64,000 nt of DNA from Chloroflexota bacterium (lineage in GTDB: Bacteria; Chloroflexota; UBA11872; VXOZ01), in the NCBI GenBank assembly GCA_964291655.2, contig OZ219802.1, forward strand, positions 832,001 through 896,000. The letters are read 5' to 3'. The notes below the pieces were generated by a model that was not told the origin of the DNA, made no database searches, and saw nothing but the letters and a program-made list of their open reading frames with translations. Position numbers and translations under genes: made by a program. Positions 9,229 to 19,906 of this stretch are shown here, one piece after another (positions within the stretch are counted from its first letter, which is position 1; each line of letters opens with the position of its first letter).

Positions 9229-10262
9229 TGCGCTACCACCTCAAGGTCATCGGTGATCCGCACTTCGCGCCGCAACTCCGCCGACTTCTGCGCGGCGTAG
9301 GTGAAGGCAAATGACCGCAGCGAATCGGAGTAGGGCGATAGAATACCGTCCTGTGTGTTATTGGCAACCGCGTTGACAAACGCCTGGTTGAGCAAGAGAT
9401 TTGAGTCCTGATCGGACGTGATAGTCTCCGGCTGCTCGCCAGGACGCCAGTACGTCGTGCTATCGAATCCTGCCGTCACCGTGAGGTCTTTGGCGAGAAT
9501 GTGCAGCACATTGGTGACGTTCGGCGGAATGCCCGCATGGGCCGCAGGCGAGTTGCCGATCATGCCCACCGCGCGATTCTTGAAACGCACGGTGGCCGCA
9601 TTGACGTCGAAGATGTTCAGATTCGGCGTATCCGTGAGCAGCACCGTGTCGCCAGCGGCGTAAATGGTATCCGGCTCGCCCACGAAATAGCGCACCAGGT
9701 CTATGCCGTGCGTATGCTGCTCGATGAGCATGCCACCCGACTGCTCCTGCACCCGCCACCACGGCGTACCCGGCAAGCCGCCCCAGCGCACGGCAATGAC
9801 CATGCCAATCGGCACACCATCCAGCAGCGCGCGGGTCTGCCCGACGGATGGCGCATACCGCATCTGATAGCCGACCGAGTTCACTATCCCTTTTTCGGCA
9901 ATGTGGGCCGCTATCTCCTTAGCTACGGAAAGCTCGAGAGCGATGGGCTTTTCGATCAATACCGCCTTACCGGCCGCGATCACGTCGTGGTCAATCTGGC
10001 CGTGCGCAAAGGTGGGCAATGAAATGTAGACCGCATCCAACTCCACCGCGTCCAGCATGGCCCGATGATCGGAAAAAATGCCCGGTTGTATGGGTCCGGC
10101 GCCCTCGGGCAAGGAGCCATTGATTGACTCTACAGCTCCCGCGCACCGCGGCTCATCGATGTCGCACAAGCCCACAATCTCCGCATCAGGTATCCGAATC
10201 AGATCGTGCATTTCGCGCACGGACCGCCCGCCAACGCCAATGATGCCTATTCTCACTGCCAC
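9225..10262 (-). CDS. Gfo/Idh/MocA family oxidoreductase
   Basis: IGIIGVGG Rossmann motif, IEKP, GYQMRY, SGGMLIEQHTHGID. Confidence 0.92.
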   Translation of the reverse strand: MAVRIGIIGVGGRSVREMHDLIRIPDAEIVGLCDIDEPRCAGAVESINGSLPEGAGPIQPGIFSDHRAMLDAVELDAVYISLPTFAHGQIDHDVIAAGKAVLIEKPIALELSVAKEIAAHIAEKGIVNSVGYQMRYAPSVGQTRALLDGVPIGMVIAVRWGGLPGTPWWRVQEQSGGMLIEQHTHGIDLVRYFVGEPDTIYAAGDTVLLTDTPNLNIFDVNAATVRFKNRAVGMIGNSPAAHAGIPPNVTNVLHILAKDLTVTAGFDSTTYWRPGEQPETITSDQDSNLLLNQAFVNAVANNTQDGILSPYSDSLRSFAFTYAAQKSAELRREVRITDDLEVVAQ

Positions 10263-10442
10263 GGCACTTTGCTCCCTTCATGTGTGCGCTCGCTTCGCTC
10301 GCGCGGATGAGCCGACGCCGCTCGCGCCGGCCGCTTCTCAGCCTATTGTACGTGGCGCCGGATGAAACACAAAATCGCCACACATGTTAGGAAGCGAGTT
10401 GCTTCGAGCCTCCCCAGCAAGAGAGGCTGTGCTTTGCCCGAG

Positions 10443-10717
10443 GAGACTTTTGCGCCATTTCGGCCAGCGGCGCAAAATCTACATCCTCTCCTGGGGGAGA
10501 GGGCCGGGGTGAGGGGATTGCATGTTGTGCTGTCCTCATTTACCTCTAAGACCTATACAAAGACGGGTAAGACTGGCGAAAGTCACCCGAACTGCAGGGG
10601 ATTCCCCCTCACCACCGTATCGTGTCGATACGCTGTATCGAGTACGGGGCAGGCTCTAACCCTCTCCCTGGGGAGAGGGGGACTCTCTCGCTGTGGAATA
10701 GATTATCCAAGAGTCTC
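10443..10717. mobile_element. Second copy of the MITE-like element (GAGAC...GTCTC ends) carrying an inverted REP pair
   Basis: Same architecture as 3467-5023 without the IS: GAGACTTTTGCG start, CCTCTCCTGGGGGAGAGGGCCGGGGTGAGGGG, inverse copy, GATTATCCAAGAGTCTC end. Confidence 0.55.
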
Positions 10718-10803
10718 ACAAGATAGAAGCACGACTTTGTCTGCCGGTCTCACGCGGTCTATACTGAGCCGTGAATACTCCCTTGTGTACAGGAGACCGC
10801 GCC

Positions 10804-11730
10804 ATGCAATTGACTGGCATCTATCCACCGCTTGCCACGCCTTTCGTGGATCAAGAACTCGCGTTGGACCTCCTTGCGGAGAACGTCAGGCAACTCGCGC
10901 CCACGGGTCTAATGGGCTTTGTTGCGCTTGGTTCCAACGGCGAATTGCCCGCGCTTACGGAATGCGAAAAGCTGCACGTGCTTGAGACCGTAGTCTCGAG
11001 TGCCCATGGGGACTCCCAAGTAATCGTTGGCGTGGGTTACGAGTCGACAAAGCAAGCGTTGGCCTTCATAACTGCGGCGGCTGCGCGCGGCGCCCACGCC
11101 GCTTTGGTGCTGCCGCCTTCCTACTATAAGTCTGCGCTGACTCCGGACGTATTGCGCGACTATTACGCAACGCTGGCGGACCGCGCCGACCTGCCGCTTC
11201 TGATCTACAACATGCCCGCCAATACCGGCATCAACCTTGGCCCCGATGTGGTCGTGCCCCTGGCGCAGCATCCGCGCATCATCGGCTTGAAGGACAGCTC
11301 CGGCAACATCGTGCAGATCACCGAGATCATCCGGCAGACACGAGACGAGGAATTCGCGGTCATGGCAGGATCAGCGAGCTTTCTTTTCACGTCACTTTGT
11401 GTGGGCGCCGCCGGCGGCGTGGCCGCGCTGGCGAACCTGGCGCCGCGCGAGTGCGTGCAGATCTTCAATCACTTCCAGCACGGCGAGGTCGATGAGGCGC
11501 GCGCACTTCAATTCCGGCTCATGTCGCCGAACGCCGCGGTTACGACCCGCTTTGGCGTTGCCGGCCTTAAAGCGGCGATGACCCTCTGCGGCTACTACGG
11601 CGGCGAACCACGCCACCCCCTCATGCCGTTGCCGAACGAAGCGCATGAAGCAGTGCGCGCCATCCTTGCAGAGGCTTACTTGCTGCCCAAAGACGAGTCG
11701 CGGTACGCGGATACAGCTGCGTCTGCTTGA
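10804..11730 (+). CDS. Dihydrodipicolinate synthase family aldolase, 4-hydroxy-2-oxoglutarate aldolase-like
   Basis: GSNGE, YNMPANTG, Schiff-base IIGLKDSSG, AGSASFL and NAAVTTRFGVAGLK resemble the HOGA1 subfamily; AGGAG RBS. Confidence 0.85.
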   Translation: MQLTGIYPPLATPFVDQELALDLLAENVRQLAPTGLMGFVALGSNGELPALTECEKLHVLETVVSSAHGDSQVIVGVGYESTKQALAFITAAAARGAHAALVLPPSYYKSALTPDVLRDYYATLADRADLPLLIYNMPANTGINLGPDVVVPLAQHPRIIGLKDSSGNIVQITEIIRQTRDEEFAVMAGSASFLFTSLCVGAAGGVAALANLAPRECVQIFNHFQHGEVDEARALQFRLMSPNAAVTTRFGVAGLKAAMTLCGYYGGEPRHPLMPLPNEAHEAVRAILAEAYLLPKDESRYADTAASA

Positions 11731-11963
11731 CAGCTTGCCAAGTCTGTCGAAGAGAGTCGCCTGTGTTAGCCTCGCGCCAATGGAATTGCTCATGTACAGG
11801 CTTTCCGCCAGGTGAGGCTTCTTCAATCCAAGGGGCCTTCACTAAGTGATGGCTTGCGCCCGCTCTTGCATTGATCGCCCCCGCGATTTCTTTATCTCCG
11901 AGTTACCATACTCAGGCGATTCACAAAACTGTCGAAAAAGTGCTATTTTCTTCTTTAACATAC

Positions 11964-11993
11964 TTGACTAATTCCCCCAAAGAGTTTTACAAT
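11964..11993 (+). promoter_or_regulatory. Putative sigma70 promoter of the PspC-domain gene
   Basis: TTGACT-N18-TACAAT about 45 bp upstream of the start. Confidence 0.55.
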
Positions 11994-12037
11994 CCTAAAG
12001 AGCATGTTTAGACTTGACTAGTGAGGAGGAGAGAGCG

Positions 12038-13198
12038 ATGGCAGAAAATGTAGAACCCGCCGTGCGGCGCCTCATGCGAAGCCGGGCCGATCGCACCTGC
12101 GCCGGCGTTTGTGGAGGCTTGGCAGAATACATCTATTGGGATCCCACCATCGTTCGACTGCTCTGGATATTTGCGATCTTTCTCTCCGGCGGTATGGCAC
12201 TGTTCGCATATCTCGCCTTCTGGATAGTCATGCCGGAAGCGCCGGCATACACAGGTGCGGGCGCAGGCTTTGCCCACGCGAAGCGCCTCACGCGCAGCCG
12301 CAACGAGCGCATGCTCGCCGGTGTGTGCGGCGGTCTGGCCGAGTATCTGGGCATGGATACCACTCTCATGCGCGTGCTCTGGGTCGTCGCAACCCTCATA
12401 AGCGGTGGCGTCACGCTGGTCGCTTACCCCATCTTCTGGCTGGTCATGCCGGAAAGCGGTCGGTTCACGTCGGCTGCCGACGATACATTTAAGGATGTGG
12501 CAGAGCGCGTAGACCCAATGGTAGAGCGCATAGGCGACCGGGTGCGGGAAACATTCAACAGGGAGCCGCGCCCTACCGATCCTGCAACTGCCAGGCGAGC
12601 CCAAGAGCAGGAGCTAGAAAACGAGATTCTCGGTATTAGCGAGGAAGACTTGCAGGGAGAGCAGCGCCCAGCGACCGCCGCACCTAAGGCGAAGGCAAAA
12701 AAGCGCTGGCTGCCCTTGTTTGGCGCGGGTTTGATCACTGTCGGCCTCATAGTGCTCGCCGAAAACGTGGACTTTCTGTGGTTCTCACCGGAATCGCTCG
12801 TGGTACTCGTTATTGGCGCTCTCTTGCTCTTCTATCGCAGCGATGATAGTCCTCGCCCAGCATGGCGCACCTGGGTCGGCGGTGGCTTGGTCCTCCTTAG
12901 CCTCCTGACTCTACTGGACAGTTTGAACGTCTTTTGGTTCTCGGATGGTATTGTTGGCGTATTCCTCATGATTGGAATCGGCCTCGTGATGCTGGTTCAT
13001 AGAAATCGGGCAATACCCCGACCGGCGTGGCGTACCTGGGTCGGCGGCGGTTTGGTAGCATTCGGGGGACTCATTGTCATCGATCAAATGCTCCCCTCTT
13101 TTGTTTCCAACTTCACCTGGCCGATGGCCTTGATCGGGTTTGGCGCATTCCTGTTGTGGCATTGGAGCCGCAGCAGAGCGGCAAGCAACGGCCATTGA
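12038..13198 (+). CDS. Membrane protein with two PspC domains and a C-terminal multi-TM (LiaF-like) region
   Basis: Two copies of RL.RSR..R..AGVCGGLAEY...D.T..R.LW; GAGGAGG RBS; repeated PRPAWRTWVGGGLV TM units. Confidence 0.88.
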   Translation: MAENVEPAVRRLMRSRADRTCAGVCGGLAEYIYWDPTIVRLLWIFAIFLSGGMALFAYLAFWIVMPEAPAYTGAGAGFAHAKRLTRSRNERMLAGVCGGLAEYLGMDTTLMRVLWVVATLISGGVTLVAYPIFWLVMPESGRFTSAADDTFKDVAERVDPMVERIGDRVRETFNREPRPTDPATARRAQEQELENEILGISEEDLQGEQRPATAAPKAKAKKRWLPLFGAGLITVGLIVLAENVDFLWFSPESLVVLVIGALLLFYRSDDSPRPAWRTWVGGGLVLLSLLTLLDSLNVFWFSDGIVGVFLMIGIGLVMLVHRNRAIPRPAWRTWVGGGLVAFGGLIVIDQMLPSFVSNFTWPMALIGFGAFLLWHWSRSRAASNGH

Positions 13199-13222
13199 CG
13201 CCTTGCCGACCGAATAGTGAGA

Positions 13223-13262
13223 GGGGGGTGTGCACCAAGACAATGCACACCCCCTTTGCTTT
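13223..13262 (+). terminator. Rho-independent terminator
   Basis: GGGGGTGTGCA-N9-TGCACACCCCC followed by TTTGCTTT, just after the stop. Confidence 0.75.
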
Positions 13263-13418
13263 CTGCATTGCCAATCGCCATTACGCGCAATGCCTTCTTG
13301 CGTATGTCGGACCGCGCAAGTAAGTGTGTTGAACAGCCGTCTATCTAGTGCATGACAAATAAACGGGCATAGGCAATTGTTGTTGTCAAAGCGATCAAGC
13401 CACATTGGGAGGCTACGC

Positions 13419-14717
13419 ATGGCAAAGACACTAAGCGCCCCGGCAACATTGGCACTAGATGGCGGACCAAAGGCCGTGACCGCTCCGATTGACGACCGCT
13501 GGGAGCGTGTGACCGACCTGGAAAAGGAGTATGTGCTCCGCGTAATGGACAGCTTCGGCGACGCTTACGCCGAGTTAGACCTCTTTGAAAGAGAGTGGAG
13601 AGAGTTTATCGGCACCAAGCACGCGCTGGCCATGTGCAACGGCACCGCTACGCTGCATTCCGCGATCTTTGCGGCAGGCGCCCACGCCGGAAAAGAGGTG
13701 ATCGTGCTTTCCGTGACGTGGCATGCGAGCATCAGCCCCATCCTGCATTGCGGCGCGACGCCGGTGTTCTGCGATGCGGACCCGGAGACCTTCTGCGCCG
13801 ATCCGGCAGACGTCAGGCGCAAGAACACCGACCGCACCTGCACCATCGTCGTCACCCATGTCTACGGCAATCCGGCAGACCTCGACGCCTTCCGCGAAAT
13901 CGTGGACGGTACCGACATCGTCCTCATCGAGGACGCTTCACACGCCCACGGCGCGACCTGGGACGGGAAGCCGGTGGGCTCATTCGGCCACATCGGTTGC
14001 TTCAGCCTGCAGAAGGGCAAGGCCATGACGGGCATCGAGGCCGGTGTTGCCGTTACCGATGACGACGCGCTCTACGACCGCATGCTGGCGCTGGGGCAGT
14101 ACGGCCGCTGCGGCGAGCTCTGGTCCACTGCCGAGTTCGCGGACCTGCGTGACATGGGTCTTGGCGTGAAGTATCGCGCCAATCCACTTGCCATTGGCAT
14201 GGTGCGCGCGCAGTTCCGGCGGCTACCGGAGATGAACGAGAAACGCCGGGCATGGATTGACCGGCTCGACTCCTTGCTGAGCGCCATCCCGGGTGTACGT
14301 CCCCAGCAGGTCTATCCCAAGGCAGTACGGGGCGGCTTGGTGCACTACGCCGGGGCGCTCGACACGGAGGCTATTGGCGTGCCCGCCAATTCCATGCTGA
14401 GAGCGTTGGTCGCTGAAGGCGTACAGACAAAGTCGGAGATTACGCCGTTCGGCTACGGCGTGATGCACCTTGAGCCGCTGTTCAACGATTACGCCCTCGA
14501 TGGCGTAGGCGGTCCCTGGAAAGACCTTCCGTCAGATTCGCGCGTGCGCAGGCAGCGCGGCCATTTGCCCGCGAGCGAACGCATCCACGGCTCGGCCTTC
14601 TGGATCAAGACTCCCATCGACCCGAATCCGGAATGGGTGGAGCAATTCGGCGCAGCCTTCCGCAAGGTGATCGCCAATGCCGACCGTCTGTCCGAGGTTG
14701 CGCCCGTAGATGTCTAG
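13419..14717 (+). CDS. DegT/DnrJ/EryC1/StrS family PLP aminotransferase
   Basis: LALDGG, NGTATL, IEDASHAHGA and FSLQKGKAM (PLP Lys) motifs; GGGAGG RBS. Confidence 0.92.
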   Translation: MAKTLSAPATLALDGGPKAVTAPIDDRWERVTDLEKEYVLRVMDSFGDAYAELDLFEREWREFIGTKHALAMCNGTATLHSAIFAAGAHAGKEVIVLSVTWHASISPILHCGATPVFCDADPETFCADPADVRRKNTDRTCTIVVTHVYGNPADLDAFREIVDGTDIVLIEDASHAHGATWDGKPVGSFGHIGCFSLQKGKAMTGIEAGVAVTDDDALYDRMLALGQYGRCGELWSTAEFADLRDMGLGVKYRANPLAIGMVRAQFRRLPEMNEKRRAWIDRLDSLLSAIPGVRPQQVYPKAVRGGLVHYAGALDTEAIGVPANSMLRALVAEGVQTKSEITPFGYGVMHLEPLFNDYALDGVGGPWKDLPSDSRVRRQRGHLPASERIHGSAFWIKTPIDPNPEWVEQFGAAFRKVIANADRLSEVAPVDV

Positions 14718-14767
14718 AGTTGACCCCTGTCGCACTGCCCTACCTGAGTCGCAGAGTTGTTAGGCTA

Positions 14768-15044
14768 CTAGTGGTTCGACATCTTTGCAGTGATGGGTAG
14801 GAGTGCCGGGGGATGAGTAGGAGCTCCGGTAGCACAGGTTTGTAACCTGTGCCCGGCCCCTCGGTTTGGTGTGCTCGCTCCACGCTACGGCAAGATGGCG
14901 CAGAGCCTGCCCCGTGCGTGATACGGGGTTGCAAACGTGTCCTGAGCACTTCGGCAGGCCTGTGCTGAGCCTGTCGAAGCGCTCAGTACAGGCTCTGTTG
15001 AAGGGACTACGCTACCTATCAATACAATCGTGTCGAACCACTAG
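14768..15044. mobile_element. Non-autonomous MITE with CTAGTGG ends (IS630-like)
   Basis: Perfect 14-bp IR CTAGTGGTTCGACA / TGTCGAACCACTAG, extending imperfectly to about 33 bp; interior made of other REP families; no ORF. Confidence 0.6.
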
Positions 15045-15062
15045 GTTGGGCTGGCTACGTTT

Positions 15063-15090
15063 GCGCTGAGGCAATGTATTGCCTCAGCGC
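15063..15090. repeat. Perfect 13-bp palindrome
   Basis: GCGCTGAGGCAAT-GT-ATTGCCTCAGCGC. Confidence 0.8.
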
Positions 15091-15382
15091 CTTCAAGCAG
15101 CTAGTATGAATTTAGAGTAGCCTTAGTAGAACTCAACTCATAAATACCTCCTCTGTGCAAATGTGCTCTTCGACCCTTCGACAGAGCCAGTCCCGTACTC
15201 GACACAAGATATCGACACGATACGGGGGCAAACGGAAAAGGTAAGAATCCGTTCGTGCTGAGGGCTGCGCGAAGTCTGCTGCGCGAAGCCCTCGCCTGTC
15301 TGGAGCTTGACGAAGGGTCGAAGCACGAAACGGCATGACGAATCTATTTATGAGATATCCTCTAGATACAGGAAGGAGCACA

Positions 15383-15943
15383 GTGGAAGAGAGTCAGTAT
15401 GAAGAGGGATGGGTGGCGATTCCGGAGGATCTTGGGGGTTATGTAGCGGGCTTGAAGAACGCGGTGGAAAAAGGCGTCGAGGCGCAGCTTGCCCCCTTTG
15501 CCATCACCTCACAGGAATACGCCATCTTAATCATCTGCCAGGCCAAAGGGACGACTACGGTCTCGGAACTAGCGCAGTACATACCGGTTGACGCAGGACG
15601 CATCAGCCGCATTGTGAACAATCTCCACCAGCGCAGACTGCTGGCGCGGCGGCGCTTGAAAGAGGATCGGCGCGTGGTGAAGCTGTGGCTGACCGAGGAT
15701 GGGCAGCGTTTGGCGCCGGAACTCGTGGAGCGGGTGATGGTGTACAACGAGATGCTGGCGGAGGGGGTTACGCGTGAAGAGAGGGATGCGTTCGTCTCCG
15801 CGTACAACAAGGTCATGCGCAACTACGCGCGCTATCGGGACCGTCAGACTGAGGTAGAAAAGGCAGAACGAGAGGCGATGGCCACGCGCCGGCGGGAGCC
15901 CCAAGTCACCGCGAACCGCCCAGTCCTCGGCGAAGACGAATAA
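15383..15943 (+). CDS. MarR family transcriptional regulator
   Basis: TVSELA..I.VD.G.ISRIV..L winged HTH, EDRRVVKLWLTEDG; AGGAAGGAG RBS before GTG 15383. Confidence 0.9.
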   Translation: MEESQYEEGWVAIPEDLGGYVAGLKNAVEKGVEAQLAPFAITSQEYAILIICQAKGTTTVSELAQYIPVDAGRISRIVNNLHQRRLLARRRLKEDRRVVKLWLTEDGQRLAPELVERVMVYNEMLAEGVTREERDAFVSAYNKVMRNYARYRDRQTEVEKAEREAMATRRREPQVTANRPVLGEDE

Positions 15944-16073
15944 GCGCAGACGCGCGGATTGCGCGATCCTGGCGCGTCACGGCGCGTTCATGCCAAGCGT
16001 AGAGAACTACGAGAGACTTGGGGAGATTCTTCGGCGTTTGCGGGTACGCAACGCGACGGCTCCCGTGCGAACG

Positions 16074-17813
16074 CTAGCCGTTTTCCCCATTACCAGCGCC
16101 AGCAACGCCGCGGCAAAATGCCGTCGCCTCCCGGTCAAGCTCGCCATCAGGCGTTACTACGACCCCGTAGACTTCGCGGGCGCGTTCATGCGATACCTTC
16201 TCGTTGCGCACGTCCTCCAGTACCAATTGGGGATCCCGCTCCAGCGGATCGCCCCAGCCGCCGGCCCCGGAAACCATGTGCCGGAACAGATCGTTTTCAT
16301 AGATCGTCTCGGTCGCCTTGCTCGTTAGTACGCGAGCCTCCGTATCCGGATTGAGGATGTTCTTTGAAGGCGCGCCGTCATGACCGCCGGCCAGCCCGTA
16401 GGCGTGGTTTTTATGTCGATCCGAACGCAATTGCAACGTGGCGCGCCGCTCGCGCAGGCGATAGTCGCGTACGAGCGCCAGGCCGCCGCGAAACTTACCG
16501 GCGCCTTCGGAGTCCGGCACGTAGCCGTAGCGCTCGATGCGCAAGGGCAATTCCGCCTCCACCACTTCTACGGGGTTATTCGAGAAGTTTACGACGATGC
16601 TTGCCATGGCGTCAGTGCCGTCGCTCCAGGGCTTGCCTCCCCACGAGCCAAAGAGGAACTCCAGGTAGACAAACGGATTGCCGTCGTCGTCATAGCCGCC
16701 GATGCTTACGCCGGTATCGCCGCCAACTTCACACGCCGGTATGCGCTCCGGCGCCAGCTTGGCCAGCGCGCCCATCACGGCGTTAGCGGTCCGGTAGCCG
16801 GTGAGGCCCCGCGCCGCCACCGGCGCGGGCATGCTGGGATTGATGACCGAGCTCTTCGGCGCAATTACCTCGATGGGACGGAAGTACCCCTCATTATTTG
16901 GGATCTCTTCTCCCATTAAGCTGCGGACACAAGCATAGACCGCCGAGCGCGTAAACGGTATCGGCGAGTTGATGCCGCCGCGGACCTGGGGCGACGTACC
17001 GGCAAAGTCCACCGTCATCGAGTCGCCATGCACCTTCACGGTGACGGCGATGGGGATCGGACCTGGATCGAAGCCGTCGTCATCAATGTAGTCGGTGAAC
17101 GCGTATTCGCCGTCCGGCATATCGGCAATGGCCTGGCGCGCCAGCCTTTCCGTGTAGTCGAGCAGCGCGGAAAACCGCGCCTGGAGATCGTCGTGTCCGT
17201 AGCGCGCAAAGAGCGTCTCCACACGCCGCTCTCCCACGTGACAGGCGGAGAGTTGGGCGCGAAGATCGCCGAGCACCAGCCGCGGCACGCGCACGTTTGC
17301 CCGCATCAACTCAAAGACTGCATCGTTCGGTTCGCCGGCGGCATAAAGTTTGAGCGGTGGAATGCGGATGCCTTCCTGGAAGATCTCGGTGGCGTCGCAG
17401 CCGTTGCCGCCTGCCACCATGCCGCCTACGTCCGCGTGGTGGGCGATGGAAACCAGGTAACAGGCAAGCACGCCATCCAGGAATACCGGCTTGAAAATAT
17501 AGATGTCCGGCAGGTGCGTACCTCCGGCATAGGGATCGTTGAGCATGTACACGTCGCCGGGCTGCACGTCATCGCCAAACGTCGCAAAGACGCTCTCAAT
17601 CGCATGGGGCACAGACCCAAGGTGCAGGGGAAGTGTTAAACCCTGGGCGATAAGCTCCCCGCTGGGCTGGCAGAGCGCGGTCGAAAAGTCCATGCTGTTC
17701 TTGAGATTATTCGAATACGCCGTGCGCAGTACTGTCATCGCCATCTCATCAACGAGCGATTCCAACGCGTTCTTGAGGATTTCCGTTTCTACCGGGTCGA
17801 ATTCTCGGCTCAC
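16074..17813 (-). CDS. Hydantoinase B / oxoprolinase family protein
   Basis: DFSTAL, PLHLGS, NDPYAGGTHLPD, HHADVGG, GAGGWGDPLERDP. Confidence 0.93.
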   Translation of the reverse strand: MSREFDPVETEILKNALESLVDEMAMTVLRTAYSNNLKNSMDFSTALCQPSGELIAQGLTLPLHLGSVPHAIESVFATFGDDVQPGDVYMLNDPYAGGTHLPDIYIFKPVFLDGVLACYLVSIAHHADVGGMVAGGNGCDATEIFQEGIRIPPLKLYAAGEPNDAVFELMRANVRVPRLVLGDLRAQLSACHVGERRVETLFARYGHDDLQARFSALLDYTERLARQAIADMPDGEYAFTDYIDDDGFDPGPIPIAVTVKVHGDSMTVDFAGTSPQVRGGINSPIPFTRSAVYACVRSLMGEEIPNNEGYFRPIEVIAPKSSVINPSMPAPVAARGLTGYRTANAVMGALAKLAPERIPACEVGGDTGVSIGGYDDDGNPFVYLEFLFGSWGGKPWSDGTDAMASIVVNFSNNPVEVVEAELPLRIERYGYVPDSEGAGKFRGGLALVRDYRLRERRATLQLRSDRHKNHAYGLAGGHDGAPSKNILNPDTEARVLTSKATETIYENDLFRHMVSGAGGWGDPLERDPQLVLEDVRNEKVSHERAREVYGVVVTPDGELDREATAFCRGVAGAGNGENG

Positions 17814-19903
17814 GGCTGCTCCTCTCCTAAAGTAATCACCACGTTATCCCACGCATCTCGCTTTACGGTGCAGTGGGGTGGCACCAGCACGGTGGTGTCG
17901 TATTCCTCGATGATCAAAGGTCCCGGTTGATCCTCTGTGCCAATATCCTCGCGTGCGAGCAACGGCACAGTCCGCATGCCAATTGCAGCGCCAAAGTATG
18001 CTGAACGCTCTTTGGGGCCGTCGAGAGATCTCTTTCCGGTCGATGACCCTCCCCACTGGTGCGCTCCCTCGCGCGGCAGCGTTGCTTCTACCCGTAAATT
18101 GACAAGCTCCACGGGATCATCCGGGGCCTTGTGCCCGTATGTGCGCTCGTGTTCACGCTCAAACGCCTCCCGCATCAGCGCTGGAATTGACTCCTGCAGT
18201 GGGATGGTGAGTTCGAATGACTGGCCCGCATACCGTAGGTCCGCGAAGCGTTGCCACTCGCCATCTTGCCGCGCACCGCTGCCCTCACCAAGCTCGGCGG
18301 CCAATCGAGACTCAAGCGCGAGATATTGCCGGTCGATCTCGTCCTGGCTCACCGCATCAAGCGGCAGCAGCACGGTCTGCACGGCGTGCTGGGAAACATC
18401 AACGCACAAGAGGCCTAATGAGCTAAATAGTCCCGGAAACGGCGGCACTACAACCTGCTGTACTCCGAGCTCCCGTGCCATTTCAACGGCATGTAGCGGG
18501 CCGCTGCCGCCAAAGGCAAACAGTATGAAGTCAGCGGGAGAGCGTCCGCGTTCTACGGTCACCGCACGTACGGCACGGCTCATGTGAGAGACCGCAATAC
18601 GGTGGATGCCATGCGCCGAATCTTCCACACTCAGGCCCAGTGGCTCCGCCAGCCGCTTCTCGAGTACAGAGCGTGCGCGGGATGCATCAATCGGCAGTTC
18701 GCCACCCAGAAAGTGCGTAGGGTTTAAGAAACCAAGCGCAACATTGGCGTCCGTGAGTGTTGGTTCTTCTCCGCCAAGGGAGTAACACACGGGGCCTGGT
18801 TCGGCGCCCGCGCTGTGCGGGCCGACGCGGAGCCCGCCGGCCGGGTCTATCCACGCGATACTGCCGCCGCCGGCGCCGACTTCCGCAATGTCTATGGCCG
18901 GCACCCGCAGTGCATAGCCCGCACCGCGTTGCAGGCGCGCGCTCAGGCTAATGCCGCCGCCGACCTCGTAGTCGTTCGTGCGAGTGATACGTCCGTCCTC
19001 AATCACTGAGGCCTTGGCCGTCGTGCCGCCCATGTCGAGGGTGATTGCGTTGGCGGCACCCATTGCGTTCGCGAGCGAGAGCGCGCCCATCACTCCGGCA
19101 GCGGGACCGGACTCGATCACGTGAATTGGCTGCTCCGCAGCCTTGGCGGCGCCCATCATGCCCCCCGCGGACTGCATCATGTAAACCGGCGCAGTGATGC
19201 GCCGTTCATCGAGAGACTCATGGAGGCGATTGAGATACGAGCGCATGACGGGAGCAATGTACGCGTTGATTACCGTCGTGCTGGTCCGCTCATACTCGCG
19301 AATTTCCGGGAGGACATGCGACGAAAGAGAAACGAACACGTCGGGAGCCGCAGCGTGGAGCAGCGCGCCGATGCGTTCTTCGTGTGCCGGATTGCGGTAG
19401 GCATTGATGAGGCACACCGCAATCGAACGCACACCAGCCTTCAGCAAGTGTGCTATCGCGGCGTGGACACTATCTTCGTCGAGTTCTTGCACCACGTTGC
19501 CCAGCGTGTCCAAGCGCTCGATGACTTCCCGGCGCAGCGCGCGCGGTACCAGCGGCTGCGGCGGTTCCCAGTGCAGGTCGTAGAGACGGGGCATGCGCAA
19601 GCGCCGGATCTCCAGCACGTCGCGAAAGCCCGCAGTGGTAATGAGACCTGTGAGCGCGCCTTTGCCCTCCAGAATGGCATTGGTTGCCACCGTCGTAGCG
19701 TGGATGACCTCGGCAATGTCGGCGCTCTCGGCATTCGTATCGTGAATGAGCGAATCAAGTCCCCGGACTATGCCTTGCGCAAAGTCGTCGGCGGTGGATG
19801 ATACCTTAGTCCATGCCCGCAGCCCCTGCGAGTCCATGAAGACAAGGTCGGTGAAGGTACCCCCAATGTCTACACCGACACGCAAAGATGAGTCCACAAG
19901 CAT
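17810..19903 (-). CDS. Hydantoinase A / oxoprolinase family protein
   Basis: [45 protein letters not shown]. Confidence 0.93.
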   Translation of the reverse strand: MLVDSSLRVGVDIGGTFTDLVFMDSQGLRAWTKVSSTADDFAQGIVRGLDSLIHDTNAESADIAEVIHATTVATNAILEGKGALTGLITTAGFRDVLEIRRLRMPRLYDLHWEPPQPLVPRALRREVIERLDTLGNVVQELDEDSVHAAIAHLLKAGVRSIAVCLINAYRNPAHEERIGALLHAAAPDVFVSLSSHVLPEIREYERTSTTVINAYIAPVMRSYLNRLHESLDERRITAPVYMMQSAGGMMGAAKAAEQPIHVIESGPAAGVMGALSLANAMGAANAITLDMGGTTAKASVIEDGRITRTNDYEVGGGISLSARLQRGAGYALRVPAIDIAEVGAGGGSIAWIDPAGGLRVGPHSAGAEPGPVCYSLGGEEPTLTDANVALGFLNPTHFLGGELPIDASRARSVLEKRLAEPLGLSVEDSAHGIHRIAVSHMSRAVRAVTVERGRSPADFILFAFGGSGPLHAVEMARELGVQQVVVPPFPGLFSSLGLLCVDVSQHAVQTVLLPLDAVSQDEIDRQYLALESRLAAELGEGSGARQDGEWQRFADLRYAGQSFELTIPLQESIPALMREAFEREHERTYGHKAPDDPVELVNLRVEATLPREGAHQWGGSSTGKRSLDGPKERSAYFGAAIGMRTVPLLAREDIGTEDQPGPLIIEEYDTTVLVPPHCTVKRDAWDNVVITLGEEQP

Positions 19904-19906
19904 CGC

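Noticed and set aside
10362-10803. 207-aa ORF 10362-10985 and similar ORFs at 4806, 15133 and 62015
   Set aside because: They read through REP/MITE clusters (e.g. PLLGERAGVRG, TLSLGRG, FVLSLSK) and have no domain signal
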